Source of the DNA: Pseudomonadota bacterium
Lineage (GTDB): Bacteria; Pseudomonadota; Gammaproteobacteria; BMS3Bbin11
Direction: 5' to 3'
Length of the DNA: 54,910 nt
Assembly: GCA_034659075.1 (NCBI GenBank)
Contig: JAYEGM010000005.1
Coordinates: forward strand, 1 to 54,910
The translations under genes were made by a program, and so were the position numbers. Each line of letters opens with the position of its first letter. The stretch's first letter is position 1. Below are positions 10,808 to 20,520 of the stretch, in pieces. Below the pieces are notes generated by a model that was given only the letters and a program-made list of their open reading frames with translations, did no database searches and was not told the DNA's origin.

Positions 10808-11770
10808 TCAATGCCTTGTTACCAGGGCATCACCAATTACCTTAACAGTGGCAGATGGGACTTCACCGATAGCTGTAATCAGGTAATCATCGATAACCCG
10901 TGTATAGGAATTCACCGCTCCCATTTGATCAAGACCGGTTCCAGATGCAGGGTTGCTCATTTTTTCGATAAATACCGATACTCCAGCCAGGCCATCACTT
11001 AAAATCATATGTTCAAATGGCTCAGCATCCATGGGTATGGAACGCTGAATTATATTGACCAGCCGGTAACCCGCCGGTAGTGCAGAAAACTGCCACTGCG
11101 AATCTTTGACAGGTGTGTTGACGGGTGGCTGCTTGTTGCTATGCCATTCAAGTGCGTCATTATCCGTCATGGGTAACAATGCAGATTCAGGGATGTCGCC
11201 ACCAATTTCTATCAGGGCAAACATATACTGCTCAATGACATTTTCGGCATTGTCTATCAGGGCAGATTTTAACAATAGGCCAGTCTCCTGATCAGCCCAT
11301 AAGTCATAGCCATACCGGAGACCGTCGCGCGGAAGGATCTGCAACCGTGTTACGCTTCTGTCTGCAATCCTGTCAATGCCATCTGTAGAAATTTGATAAT
11401 TATTCACCAGAGCTGCAAGATTTTTGACCATAAAACCCGGGAAGCCGGTCGCTTTGTCGGAACGCAGTCCTGCATGGCCCATTTTCATTTCAGGCATGAA
11501 ACACCACACCCTTTCAGCATCCCTGATGACCTCACGAGGAACACCGTTTAAAGCATACAGACGCTCGCGGACAGAACCATCCTGAATCTTGTGTATGACA
11601 CGCAGAGTATGGATATGCTTCTCATCAACGTACAGAAAAACGCCATCATAGTTGACACTGTTCACGGCTTGATTCATTTTCTTTAACAAGTCCATGCTCT
11701 GGTCCTGTGCCTGGGCACAGGAAACCATGGCCAGGTTAACCAGCAGCAGAAAAAACAGCGTCAATTTCAT
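10808..11770 (-). CDS. rseB: Sigma-E regulatory protein RseB/MucB
   Basis: NYDGVF, LNGVPREVIR, SDGLAGVSVFIE, AIGEVP motifs. Confidence 0.92.
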   Translation of the reverse strand: MKLTLFFLLLVNLAMVSCAQAQDQSMDLLKKMNQAVNSVNYDGVFLYVDEKHIHTLRVIHKIQDGSVRERLYALNGVPREVIRDAERVWCFMPEMKMGHAGLRSDKATGFPGFMVKNLAALVNNYQISTDGIDRIADRSVTRLQILPRDGLRYGYDLWADQETGLLLKSALIDNAENVIEQYMFALIEIGGDIPESALLPMTDNDALEWHSNKQPPVNTPVKDSQWQFSALPAGYRLVNIIQRSIPMDAEPFEHMILSDGLAGVSVFIEKMSNPASGTGLDQMGAVNSYTRVIDDYLITAIGEVPSATVKVIGDALVTRH

Positions 11771-12363
11771 TAATGTGAGTCGGTACTAGGGTTATATCCC
11801 ACAAAACGTGAATAGGACCAAATGCCCGTCATGTCACTTGCAGGATTATATTCATTGTGCTCAACCAGCAGCCTGTTGATTCGTTCACGTATATTCTGGT
11901 TTTTGCTATTGGCTACAATCAGCTCATATTCCTGATTTTCCCCGGCCGGGCCATCCTGAGCCGGTAGAGGTGTTACAATTTTGGAAAGTGTGGCAACTGT
12001 AGAAGGCTGATTTTCTCCTGCACCATTCAGCACGGGTTTCTGCAGTAATATAGCAATACCAAGCAGTGATGCAGCAACCGCAAGACCGACTAGCGGTCCG
12101 CGCATCCGTTTGCGTTTAGCCAGCGAGGCCGGCGCAAGTTGAACCGGTTCATTTGCCAGAGCCAGTAGCACTTTTCCGCTAAAATCAGCAGAGATGGCTG
12201 GAGACAACTCATCACGCATGGCCGTTCCATAGATATTAAACCGCCGCCACAGTGCGCGAAGTTCAATGTCCTCGTTCAGCTGCCTGATCAACTGTTCGGA
12301 TTCTTCCTGATCCAGTTCACCATCTAAAAAATATGATACGTTCTCTTTCATCTCATCTCTCAC
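11770..12363 (-). CDS. rseA: Anti-sigma-E factor RseA/MucA
   Basis: ENVSYFLDGEL...WRRF N-domain, single TM (LAVAAS); follows rpoE. Confidence 0.88.
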   Translation of the reverse strand: MRDEMKENVSYFLDGELDQEESEQLIRQLNEDIELRALWRRFNIYGTAMRDELSPAISADFSGKVLLALANEPVQLAPASLAKRKRMRGPLVGLAVAASLLGIAILLQKPVLNGAGENQPSTVATLSKIVTPLPAQDGPAGENQEYELIVANSKNQNIRERINRLLVEHNEYNPASDMTGIWSYSRFVGYNPSTDSH

Positions 12364-12935
12364 TCGAGCAACGGTTTCAATTCCCGGTCTATAGCATCAC
12401 GTGCCCTGAATATCCTCGACCGGACTGTTCCTATTGGACAGTCCATGACTTCTGCAATTTCATCATAGGACAAGCCTTCGATTTCGCGTAAGGTAATTGC
12501 CATTTTCAAGTCCTCAGGCAATTGTTCTACCGCACGCGTCACCGTCTCCGCCAGCTCCTTTGTTAATGCATTGGCTTCCGGGGTTCCTGTTTCCCGCATT
12601 GCTGCGCCGCCTTCTAACTGAACCGCATCTTCAGCATCAATATCTGTTTTCGGTGGTCTTCGCCCCTGTGAAATCAGATAGTTCTTTGCAGTGTTAACTG
12701 CAATCCGGTAAAGCCAGGTATAGAACGCACTTTCACCACGAAAATTACCAATCGCACGATAAGCCTTGATCAGTGCTTCCTGGCAAACATCTTCCACTTC
12801 AGCACTGTCATAAATATATCGACTAACCAACTTGGCCAGGCGGTGCTGATATTTTTCTACCAGCAAACCAAAAGCCGCCTGATCACCCTGCTGAGTCTTT
12901 CTGACCAGCACTATGTCCGGTGTTTCTTCAGACAT
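12360..12935 (-). CDS. rpoE: RNA polymerase sigma-E factor
   Basis: AFYTWLYRIAVNTAKNYL, MDCPIGTVRSRIFRAR. Confidence 0.97.
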   Translation of the reverse strand: MSEETPDIVLVRKTQQGDQAAFGLLVEKYQHRLAKLVSRYIYDSAEVEDVCQEALIKAYRAIGNFRGESAFYTWLYRIAVNTAKNYLISQGRRPPKTDIDAEDAVQLEGGAAMRETGTPEANALTKELAETVTRAVEQLPEDLKMAITLREIEGLSYDEIAEVMDCPIGTVRSRIFRARDAIDRELKPLLE

Positions 12936-12991
12936 GTGTAAAGCCGCGCCTGTCGTTCAGCCTGTATATATCAGACATTTGTACTATCAAC

Positions 12992-13018
12992 TGTGACATT
13001 ATTCTTCTATAAAAGTTC
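12992..13018 (-). promoter_or_regulatory. Putative sigma-E-dependent autoregulatory promoter of rpoE
   Basis: Minus strand GAACTT-N16-TCACA, close to the sigma-E consensus, about 55 nt upstream of rpoE. Confidence 0.65.
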
Positions 13019-13309
13019 TATTTTCCATCCAGATATTCAGATCATTTATCACAACTGAATTTTCTGAGTTATTTCCATATAATAATTCGCATATACTATA
13101 GCATGCAGCGGACTAACAGTAATGGTGGTGCCTAAAATCCGGAAAATCATCTGATGTACATTGTTATTCATAGGCCTGCCATAACAAGCTACGGTCGCAC
13201 GCTGGCTTAATGATATGCTGCAGAAAGGCCGGCGCTCCTGATAATATCAATACAATTGTGAGGCCCTAAAATCGATGCTGGACAGGGTTATAATCAACAA
13301 CTAAAAGAT

Positions 13310-14932
13310 ATGAGTAGTAATGAGATGGCAAGTAAACACTTTGATGTTCTGATAATTGGCAGTGGCCTGGCCGGTCTCGGCCTGGCTTTGCGGCTAGCAG
13401 ACAAGGCTTCGGTTGCTGTCGTCTCAAAAGGCGAACTGCATGAGGGCTCCAGTTATTATGCTCAGGGCGGCGTCGCCGCCGTATTGGGTGACAATGATTC
13501 CATACAATCACATAAACAGGATACCCTGGATGCCGGCGCGGGGCTTTGCGACCCGGCATGCGTTGATTACGTCATCAAACATGGCCCTGAAAATATTCAA
13601 TGGCTAATAGATCAGGGCGTTGGCTTCAGTCTCGATATAGATGGCCGGCAATACCATCTGACCCGGGAGGGAGGACACAGTCATCGACGTGTCATTCACG
13701 CAGCAGATGCTACAGGCAAGGCCATAGAAGCCACTCTGGAGCAGGAAACACGCAATCACCCCAACATCCATCTATTTGAACACGCTATCGCCATCGATTT
13801 AATTACCAGCAGCAAGCGGGATGACTCGAAAAACCGCTGCCTGGGTGCCTACATTCTAAATCAGCAAGACGGCGGAATAATGTCTGTCAGTGCCGCCAAT
13901 ACAGTACTGGCAACAGGTGGCGCCTCTAAAGTGTATCTCTATACCAGCAACCCTGATACATCGACAGGCGACGGCATTGCCATGGCCTGGCGTGCGGGCT
14001 GCCGGGTTGCCAATATGGAGTTTGTACAATTTCACCCAACCTGCCTCTATCACCCGGAAGCAAAATCATTTCTGATCTCAGAGGCACTGCGCGGAGAAGG
14101 TGCGTATTTATTACTGCCGGATGGGACGCGGTTCATGGAGCGACACGATAAAAAAGCTGAAATGGCTCCCCGCGACATCGTTGCTCGTGCCATTGACTAT
14201 GAAATGAAGAAAGGTGGCCTGGATTCAGTCTATCTTGATATCAGCCATCGTAGCCACGATTTTATAATCGAACATTTCCCGACCATCTATGCTCGTTGCC
14301 TGAAATTCGGCATGGACATCACCACCGGCCCCATCCCGGTCGTACCAGCGGCACACTATACCTGCGGCGGTGTAGTGACTGATCTTAACGGCAGAACAGA
14401 CGTCGATGATCTGTATGCTATAGGTGAATGCACCTGCACCGGCCTGCACGGTGCAAACCGTCTGGCAAGCAACTCATTGCTGGAATGCCTGGTCTTTTCT
14501 CAATCTGCCAGCCATTCTATATTAGAAAGTCTTGAGCAAGCCCCTTCGCCCCATCCCGAGCTGCCTCAATGGGATGAAAGCCAGGTCACTGACCCGGATG
14601 AACAGGTGGTGGTCTCACATAACTGGGATGAGTTGCGCCGCTTCATGTGGGACTATGTCGGCATCGTTAGAACCAACAAACGCCTGCAGCGCGCGCAGAA
14701 CCGTATAGAACTGCTGGCAGATGAAATTGAGGAGTTCTACAGCCGTTTCAAAGTAGACAATAACCTGCTTGAATTACGCAATCTGGCTGTCATTGCCGAC
14801 CTGACAATACGCAGCGCCCAATCGCGCAAGGAAAGCCGTGGCCTGCATTTTACGCGTGACTACCCGGAAATTGATCCTGAACTGGCGCAAGTTAACACCA
14901 CATTGATTCCCGACAACTACTCAAAGGATTAA
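13310..14932 (+). CDS. nadB: L-aspartate oxidase
   Basis: [38 protein letters not shown]; divergent from rpoE as is typical. Confidence 0.96.
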   Translation: MSSNEMASKHFDVLIIGSGLAGLGLALRLADKASVAVVSKGELHEGSSYYAQGGVAAVLGDNDSIQSHKQDTLDAGAGLCDPACVDYVIKHGPENIQWLIDQGVGFSLDIDGRQYHLTREGGHSHRRVIHAADATGKAIEATLEQETRNHPNIHLFEHAIAIDLITSSKRDDSKNRCLGAYILNQQDGGIMSVSAANTVLATGGASKVYLYTSNPDTSTGDGIAMAWRAGCRVANMEFVQFHPTCLYHPEAKSFLISEALRGEGAYLLLPDGTRFMERHDKKAEMAPRDIVARAIDYEMKKGGLDSVYLDISHRSHDFIIEHFPTIYARCLKFGMDITTGPIPVVPAAHYTCGGVVTDLNGRTDVDDLYAIGECTCTGLHGANRLASNSLLECLVFSQSASHSILESLEQAPSPHPELPQWDESQVTDPDEQVVVSHNWDELRRFMWDYVGIVRTNKRLQRAQNRIELLADEIEEFYSRFKVDNNLLELRNLAVIADLTIRSAQSRKESRGLHFTRDYPEIDPELAQVNTTLIPDNYSKD

Positions 14933-15025
14933 GGGACATTGAAAGAGTGAGCTGAACCGTCAAGACGCTGAGAACTATAAAAGATGGCCTGTGCCCTGTA
15001 TTCAAACTGGTTAAGAATCCCCTGG

Positions 15026-15457
15026 TTAACCATTCAAATACACAACCAGTCGCCTGAAAGACAGGCTGTTTATAGAGTCTGCTGCGTACAGCAATGAATG
15101 CTGTTTCGAATCAGGCAGTGTCCTGATTTTTAAAACTATCAGCCAGCGGCTAACAAAGCTTTCCAGTACATTTGCCTCCTGCCAGCCTGAGCTTTCATTA
15201 TTCTGGAAAAATAGCGGTTCACCCTGCTGCAGACTTAGTCCATGGCTGATGGACCTTTCGGAGATAATGTACTGGCGTAAGCTGAAGGTTATCAAGACAG
15301 CGGTAATCAACAGCAACAAAAGATTGAGCTCAACAAAAAACAGCAACAGAAAAGCTGCCATATGCAGACAGCAAACTAGACGTATAAGCAGCCGTGATCT
15401 AGTCGGGTGGATGACTACCCGACTGCCGCATTCTGGTGACGATGTTATAGACTTCAT
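15026..15457 (-). CDS. YgfX-like inner-membrane protein
   Basis: Two TM helices, C-terminal DS....FRRL motif, directly downstream of sdhE; ATG 15457 has GGAGG RBS. Confidence 0.65.
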   Translation of the reverse strand: MKSITSSPECGSRVVIHPTRSRLLIRLVCCLHMAAFLLLFFVELNLLLLLITAVLITFSLRQYIISERSISHGLSLQQGEPLFFQNNESSGWQEANVLESFVSRWLIVLKIRTLPDSKQHSLLYAADSINSLSFRRLVVYLNG

Positions 15458-15656
15458 AGTCGGCCTCCCTGCCTTCAAAAAGCCATTCCTGTAACTGCTG
15501 GTCTGAGCAACTCAGCAGGGTCTCTAACTCGGCTTTAAGACTATTATCCAGGCTCTGCCAATGTTGATCAACAAAACGATTCAGAATCACATCCAGTTCT
15601 AACATGCCACGCCGGCATTGCCAGCGCAATCGCCCCGGTGCCTGGTCCAGAGTCAT
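15399..15656 (-). CDS. sdhE: FAD assembly factor SdhE
   Basis: RLRWQCRRGMLELD signature. Confidence 0.93.
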   Translation of the reverse strand: MTLDQAPGRLRWQCRRGMLELDVILNRFVDQHWQSLDNSLKAELETLLSCSDQQLQEWLFEGREADYEVYNIVTRMRQSGSHPPD

Positions 15657-16357
15657 GTTGCTCGCTTAAGCAGCATTTTTCGTATGTTGTGGATGGCCTC
15701 TGCAGGATTTAGATCTCTGGGGCAGACCTCAACACAGTTCATGATGCTGTGACAACGGAACAGTCGAAATGGATCTTCCAGTTCATTAAGACGTTTACTC
15801 GTTGCCTTGTCCCTGGTATCAACTAGGAAACGGTAGGCCTGCAGCAATGCCGCAGGGCCAAGGTACTTGTCCGGATTCCACCAGAACGACGGACATGCCG
15901 TTGAACAGCAGCCACAGAGGATGCATTCGTAAAGTCCGTCCAGCTTCCTCCTGTCCTCGTCCGATTGCAAACGCTCGATTTCCGGCTCCGGTTCATCGTT
16001 TATTAACCAGGGCTTTATAGTCCGGTACTGTCGGTAAAAAGGTTCCATATCCACTATCAGATCCCGGATTACCGGCATGCCTGGCAGCGGGTTCAGCTTA
16101 ATCGGCTGCTTTAATGAACTCAAAGGTGTAATACAGGCCAGTCCATTGCGCCCGTTAATATTCATCGCATCCGATCCACAAACACCTTCACGACAGGATC
16201 GACGAAAGGACAGGCTTTCATCCTGTTCTTTCAGTAACAGGATGGCATCAAGCAGCATTTGCCGGCCTTCGAGTCTGGACTCATCCAGCTGGTAGTCCTG
16301 CATATAAGGCTTGCCATCCTTATCCGGATCAAAGCGGTAGATGGAGAAACGAATCAT
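15653..16357 (-). CDS. sdhB: Succinate dehydrogenase iron-sulfur subunit
   Basis: SCREGVCGSD, CILCGCCSTACP, CHSIMNCVEVCP; start set at ATG 16357 (GAGGG RBS) because the track start lies inside the inserted element. Confidence 0.95.
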   Translation of the reverse strand: MIRFSIYRFDPDKDGKPYMQDYQLDESRLEGRQMLLDAILLLKEQDESLSFRRSCREGVCGSDAMNINGRNGLACITPLSSLKQPIKLNPLPGMPVIRDLIVDMEPFYRQYRTIKPWLINDEPEPEIERLQSDEDRRKLDGLYECILCGCCSTACPSFWWNPDKYLGPAALLQAYRFLVDTRDKATSKRLNELEDPFRLFRCHSIMNCVEVCPRDLNPAEAIHNIRKMLLKRAT

Positions 16358-16374
16358 CTTAGTAGCCCTCATCT

Positions 16375-16641
16375 TAGTGTAGTGTTTCATATTATTTGAC
16401 GATTAAGCGTGACGAGAAACCGTTAGCTACAAGGCAGGTTTTGCAGTAAATGGTTGCTCCCTTTGCAAGGAAGCTAACGCCGTAGGTGACGGTTTCTCGC
16501 CGCGCCCGAAGGGAGACCCACAAATAGCTCAATACGGTGTTGCAGTATTTGCCAGGGGAATTACCATTGCCTGCAAACTGCGCCTTGTCTTGAACCATTT
16601 GAGGGCCTCTTAATCGCCAAATAATATGAAACACTACACTA
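16375..16641. mobile_element. 267-bp TA-flanked non-autonomous fold-back element (MITE/ERIC-like), copy B
   Basis: 33-bp terminal inverted repeats 16375-16407/16609-16641 (1 mismatch), TA ends, two internal hairpin modules separated by CCCGAAGGG. Confidence 0.8.
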
Positions 16642-18411
16642 ATAAACCCTCTTGACCGGCGGAAAAGAGTCGACACTGAGAGGTTGTGTGCGTACCGGCT
16701 TGTAGTCCAGAACGCCATCCTCACGATTAAAATACAGGGTATGTTTCATCCACTCGCGATCATCACGATCCGGGTAGTCCAGCCGCGAATGTGCGCCTCG
16801 ACTTTCTGTGCGTGCTGCTGCAGACAACATAGTGGCCATCGATACTTCGAGTTGATTCTCAAGTTCAAAGGCCTCAAATCGTGCAGTATTGAATATCTTG
16901 CTCTGATCACCCAGTCGAACATTGGACAGACGGGCAACCAGTGCACGGATCTTTTCAACACCTTCATCAAGTACTTCCTGTGTACGAAATACGCCGCAAT
17001 ACTGCTCCATCAAAGTACGCATCTGGTTCGTCATATCAGCAACAGATTCGCCTTCTCCTTTTTTATCCCAGCGCAGGATATGGCTCATTGCCTGCTCTAT
17101 CGACGCATCACTGAGCGGCGTATGAAAGCGGTTATCTGCCAGGTAGTCGATAATATGATTACCCGCCGCACGGCCGAACACAACGATATCGAGCAGGGAA
17201 TTCCCACCCAGACGGTTCGCCCCGTGTACGGATACACAGGCGCATTCGCCAATGGCATAAAGTCCCTGCTGTGGCTCTTCCGGCGCATGGCGCAGTGGTG
17301 CTACCACCTGCCCCATTCTATTGGTTGGTATACCCCCCATGGTGTAATGTGCTGTCGGAAATACTGGAATCGGGGCATCTACCGGATCAACACCGGTAAA
17401 ACGGATCGACATATCGCGGATACCCGGTAATCGGTTTTTCACAATGTCCGGGTCGAGGTGAGTGAGCTGCAGCAGCACATGATCGGCATTTTCTCCACAA
17501 CCTCTGCCTTCGCGTATTTCAGTGGCAATGGCCCGGGAGACAACGTCGCGTGAGGCCAGGTCAAGGGCGTGCGGGGCATAGCGTTTCATGAATCGCTCAC
17601 CGTCATTATTAATCAGGTAACCGCCCTCACCCCTTGTCGCTTCAGAAATCAACATACCCAGGCCTGCTATACCAGTAGGATGAAACTGTACAAACTCCAT
17701 GTCCTGCAGAGGCAAGCCTGCGCGCAGGGCCATCGCCATGCCGTCGCCGGTATTGATCATGGCATTGGTGCTGGTACGGAAAATTCGTGCCGAGCCACCG
17801 GTAGCTAACATGGTTGTCTTGGCTTCAATAATCAATGGCTCGCCGGACTCGATATCAATTACCATCGCACCCTGTGTCACGCCATCCTCAGACAGCAGCA
17901 AATCCGTTGCAAAATATTCGTCAAAAAAATGGGTTTGTAAACGCAAATTCTGCTGATAAAGGGATTGCAGAATGGCATGGCCGGTACGGTCTGCAGCAGC
18001 ACAGGTACGTGCGGCCTGATCGCCACCATAGTTCTGGCTTTGGCCACCAAATGGGCGCTGGTAAATACGCCCATTGTCGAGCCGGGTAAAAGGAACGCCA
18101 AAATGTTCAAGCTCGATGACCAGACGTGAAGCAGCTCGACACATGTACTCAATGGCATCCTGATCACCTAGAAAATCACTGCCTTTAACCGTGTCGTACA
18201 TATGCCAGTGCCAGTTGTCCGGCGTGACATTACCCAGCGCGGCATTCATGCCGCCCTGCGCGGCAACGGTGTGCGAACGGGTAGGAAAGACTTTTGACAC
18301 CACCGCTACGTGCAAATCTGCCTGAGCCAGTTGCAGTGCGGCACGTAGGCCCGCACCACCTGCACCAATCACCAGACAGTCGAAGCGTCTTTTTTCTACA
18401 CCATTACTCAT
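16639..18411 (-). CDS. sdhA: Succinate dehydrogenase flavoprotein subunit
   Basis: GAGGAG, RSHTVAAQGG FAD-His motif, HGANRLGGNSL. Confidence 0.97.
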   Translation of the reverse strand: MSNGVEKRRFDCLVIGAGGAGLRAALQLAQADLHVAVVSKVFPTRSHTVAAQGGMNAALGNVTPDNWHWHMYDTVKGSDFLGDQDAIEYMCRAASRLVIELEHFGVPFTRLDNGRIYQRPFGGQSQNYGGDQAARTCAAADRTGHAILQSLYQQNLRLQTHFFDEYFATDLLLSEDGVTQGAMVIDIESGEPLIIEAKTTMLATGGSARIFRTSTNAMINTGDGMAMALRAGLPLQDMEFVQFHPTGIAGLGMLISEATRGEGGYLINNDGERFMKRYAPHALDLASRDVVSRAIATEIREGRGCGENADHVLLQLTHLDPDIVKNRLPGIRDMSIRFTGVDPVDAPIPVFPTAHYTMGGIPTNRMGQVVAPLRHAPEEPQQGLYAIGECACVSVHGANRLGGNSLLDIVVFGRAAGNHIIDYLADNRFHTPLSDASIEQAMSHILRWDKKGEGESVADMTNQMRTLMEQYCGVFRTQEVLDEGVEKIRALVARLSNVRLGDQSKIFNTARFEAFELENQLEVSMATMLSAAARTESRGAHSRLDYPDRDDREWMKHTLYFNREDGVLDYKPVRTQPLSVDSFPPVKRVY

Positions 18412-18421
18412 TAAAGGTTAC

Positions 18422-18775
18422 TCATTTCAGTATGACCACTAATATCGCCCATAACCCTGTGGCAAGGAACAACAGCGCGACAATCATCTGCAGTAAAAAC
18501 CGTACTCGCCAGGGATGAATATAGTCAAGAAGCACGCTTTTCAATCCAAGCCATGCATGTGCCAGCATGCTGAATATAAACAACAGCAGCCCAATTTGAA
18601 AAAACAGGCTTGAAGAAAGTAATAACCAGTCTGCCTGGCTGGAAATCGGTAATATTGAAAGACGTAGAAAAGTAATAACAATAAATAGCAGCATGTAAAC
18701 AGCCGTCAGCCGTTGAATCACCCATTCTCCGAGTCCGGCATGCAGGCTGCCACGTTCACTCATTCCTACAGCCAT
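18422..18775 (-). CDS. sdhD: Succinate dehydrogenase hydrophobic anchor subunit
   Basis: WVIQRLTAV, HAWLGL..VLLDY; start may be ATG 18763. Confidence 0.92.
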   Translation of the reverse strand: MAVGMSERGSLHAGLGEWVIQRLTAVYMLLFIVITFLRLSILPISSQADWLLLSSSLFFQIGLLLFIFSMLAHAWLGLKSVLLDYIHPWRVRFLLQMIVALLFLATGLWAILVVILK

Positions 18776-19149
18776 ATCCAGACTCCTGTCAGAATGATTA
18801 GCAGAAAACTAACTATAAAAGCAGTATTTGCAGTGAGCCGGGCAATATTTTTGTCATAGCTAAAACCCATGTCCATCAGCAAATGCCTGATACCGCTAAG
18901 AGAATGTTGAATCAGTGTCCATGTTATGAGACTGATTAACACTTTTCCCGGGGTACTCTGCAGCAAAGACAAGGCATGAGAGTAGCCTTCTGCCCCGCCA
19001 TTGAGTAATTGTAATATATAGATGGAAAGGGGAATTGCCAGTAGCAGGAGTACGCCTGTAGCACGGTGAATAATGGATAGCAAACCGCCTCGAGGCAGGC
19101 GTATCTGTAGCAGATTTAGAAATACGGGACGTTTTTCTGCTTTCTTCAT
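18766..19149 (-). CDS. sdhC: Succinate dehydrogenase cytochrome b556 subunit
   Basis: RPVFLNL, SIIHRATG, H..SGIRHLLMD. Confidence 0.93.
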   Translation of the reverse strand: MKKAEKRPVFLNLLQIRLPRGGLLSIIHRATGVLLLLAIPLSIYILQLLNGGAEGYSHALSLLQSTPGKVLISLITWTLIQHSLSGIRHLLMDMGFSYDKNIARLTANTAFIVSFLLIILTGVWIWL

Positions 19150-19295
19150 ATAAACTTTCTAAGTCCGTAATGCATCGGATTTTCTATATACTCAACATGA
19201 ATTCACAACATTGGACAGTGTTTGTCTGTATTGGTTTCCTTTACAATCGTATCACCAAGTAATGAGATACTCCAAGGCATACAGACAGTAAAAAT

Positions 19296-20231
19296 ATGAA
19301 TGATAATACTCAGGCAAAAGCAATCAGACTGGATGATTTAACATCCCTGCATGTATCAGGTGATGACGCGGCAAAGTTTCTACATGCTCAGTTCACCAAT
19401 GACCTGGCTAATTTACCCGTCAATAGCTGGCAGTACAGTGGCTACTGCACGCCAAAAGGACGCTTACTGGCATTCATTACCATCGTAAGGCTGGATGAAA
19501 ATGAGTTCCTGCTGGTTCTTCCTGCAGAAGTCAGTGAAAAGATTTTGCCCAGATTACGCATGTTTGTAATGCGGGATGATGTAAAAATTGCACCGCAGAA
19601 TAAGAATACATCCATTACCGGAATTCCAGGCTCTACAGGAAATCTACCAGAGAATGATCTTGTAGCTGAAAAAGAAAATGGAAAACTTATTAGAGATAAC
19701 AACAATAGCCTGTTGACACTCGACTATGACACAGGGCGTTTTCTCAATATCGGCGAGTCAGCAAAGATTGCTCTTGGCGCATCGACAAATAGAAACAGCT
19801 GGACACTGGCAGACATCCAGGCTGGTATCCCTGCAGTAGTTCTTGCCACCCAGGAAGCCTTCGTGCCTCAAATGGTCAACCTCGACCTGATCGGTGCGGT
19901 AAACTTCAAAAAAGGCTGTTACCCGGGACAGGAAATCGTCGCCAGAGTGCATTACCTGGGGAAAATCAAGCAGCGTATGTACGTACTGGAGACCAGCAGC
20001 AAAGAACCGGCACGGCCCGGTGACAAAATCTATATTGCAGGCGAGAAAGACAAAGCAGCAGGAACCGTAGTACAGGCCGCCATAAATGATTCGACCCAGT
20101 ATGTACAGGCAGTGTTGCAGACAAAAGGCGTTGATGAAAATCTCGACCTCAGACTGGCTTCTGCAGATGGAGATAAACTGACGATGAGTGACCAGCCCTA
20201 TTCAGTTTCGGATACTGAAAAAGAAAAATAG
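19296..20231 (+). CDS. ygfZ: Folate-binding Fe-S/tRNA-modification protein YgfZ
   Basis: KGCYPGQEIVAR signature. Confidence 0.93.
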   Translation: MNDNTQAKAIRLDDLTSLHVSGDDAAKFLHAQFTNDLANLPVNSWQYSGYCTPKGRLLAFITIVRLDENEFLLVLPAEVSEKILPRLRMFVMRDDVKIAPQNKNTSITGIPGSTGNLPENDLVAEKENGKLIRDNNNSLLTLDYDTGRFLNIGESAKIALGASTNRNSWTLADIQAGIPAVVLATQEAFVPQMVNLDLIGAVNFKKGCYPGQEIVARVHYLGKIKQRMYVLETSSKEPARPGDKIYIAGEKDKAAGTVVQAAINDSTQYVQAVLQTKGVDENLDLRLASADGDKLTMSDQPYSVSDTEKEK

Positions 20232-20284
20232 TCCGTCATAAACATAGGGATTCCGGCTAGAAGCATGCAGGGGTGGCACCGAAT

Positions 20285-20319
20285 TGGTCTTTGGCCTTAG
20301 GTCTTCTGACTTTGATCTC
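20285..20319. repeat. Degenerate heptamer array TGGTCTT TGGCCTT AGGTCTT CTGACTT TGATCTC
   Basis: 7-nt periodicity with CTT at the unit end in four of five units. Confidence 0.55.
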
Positions 20320-20324
20320 CAATC

Positions 20325-20520
20325 CCCTTTTGGGTTGTCGAGCACTGGAAGTCTGAGCCGGATAAGCGCGGTGCTTGTCTGAGGGCGTAGCCCGAGTTCA
20401 CCGTGCCCGGTTCAGACTGAAGCGCGCAGAGTAGCCGTAGGCCAACAAATCGGGGCGGTTTTTCTTTGGTTCGTTTCTTTTATCCGTATAAAAGAAATGA
20501 ACTCGCACGTGAGGTGCGAA
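20325..20520. repeat. ~200-bp multi-hairpin intergenic element (REP-like repeat or structured RNA)
   Basis: Stems 20350-20361/20407-20418, 20469-20483/20488-20502 and 20503-20508/20514-20519, plus an outer CCCC/GGGG pairing. Confidence 0.55.

Noticed and set aside
16392-16724. 110 aa ORF between sdhA and sdhB, and the MKHYTK N-terminal extension of sdhB
   Set aside because: Both derive from element B sequence; the empty-site reconstruction gives a normal sdhA-sdhB junction.
20499-20520. AACTCGCACGT resembling group II intron domain V
   Set aside because: The catalytic triad stem and the rest of domain V are absent, there is no RT ORF, and the sequence is explained by a local hairpin.
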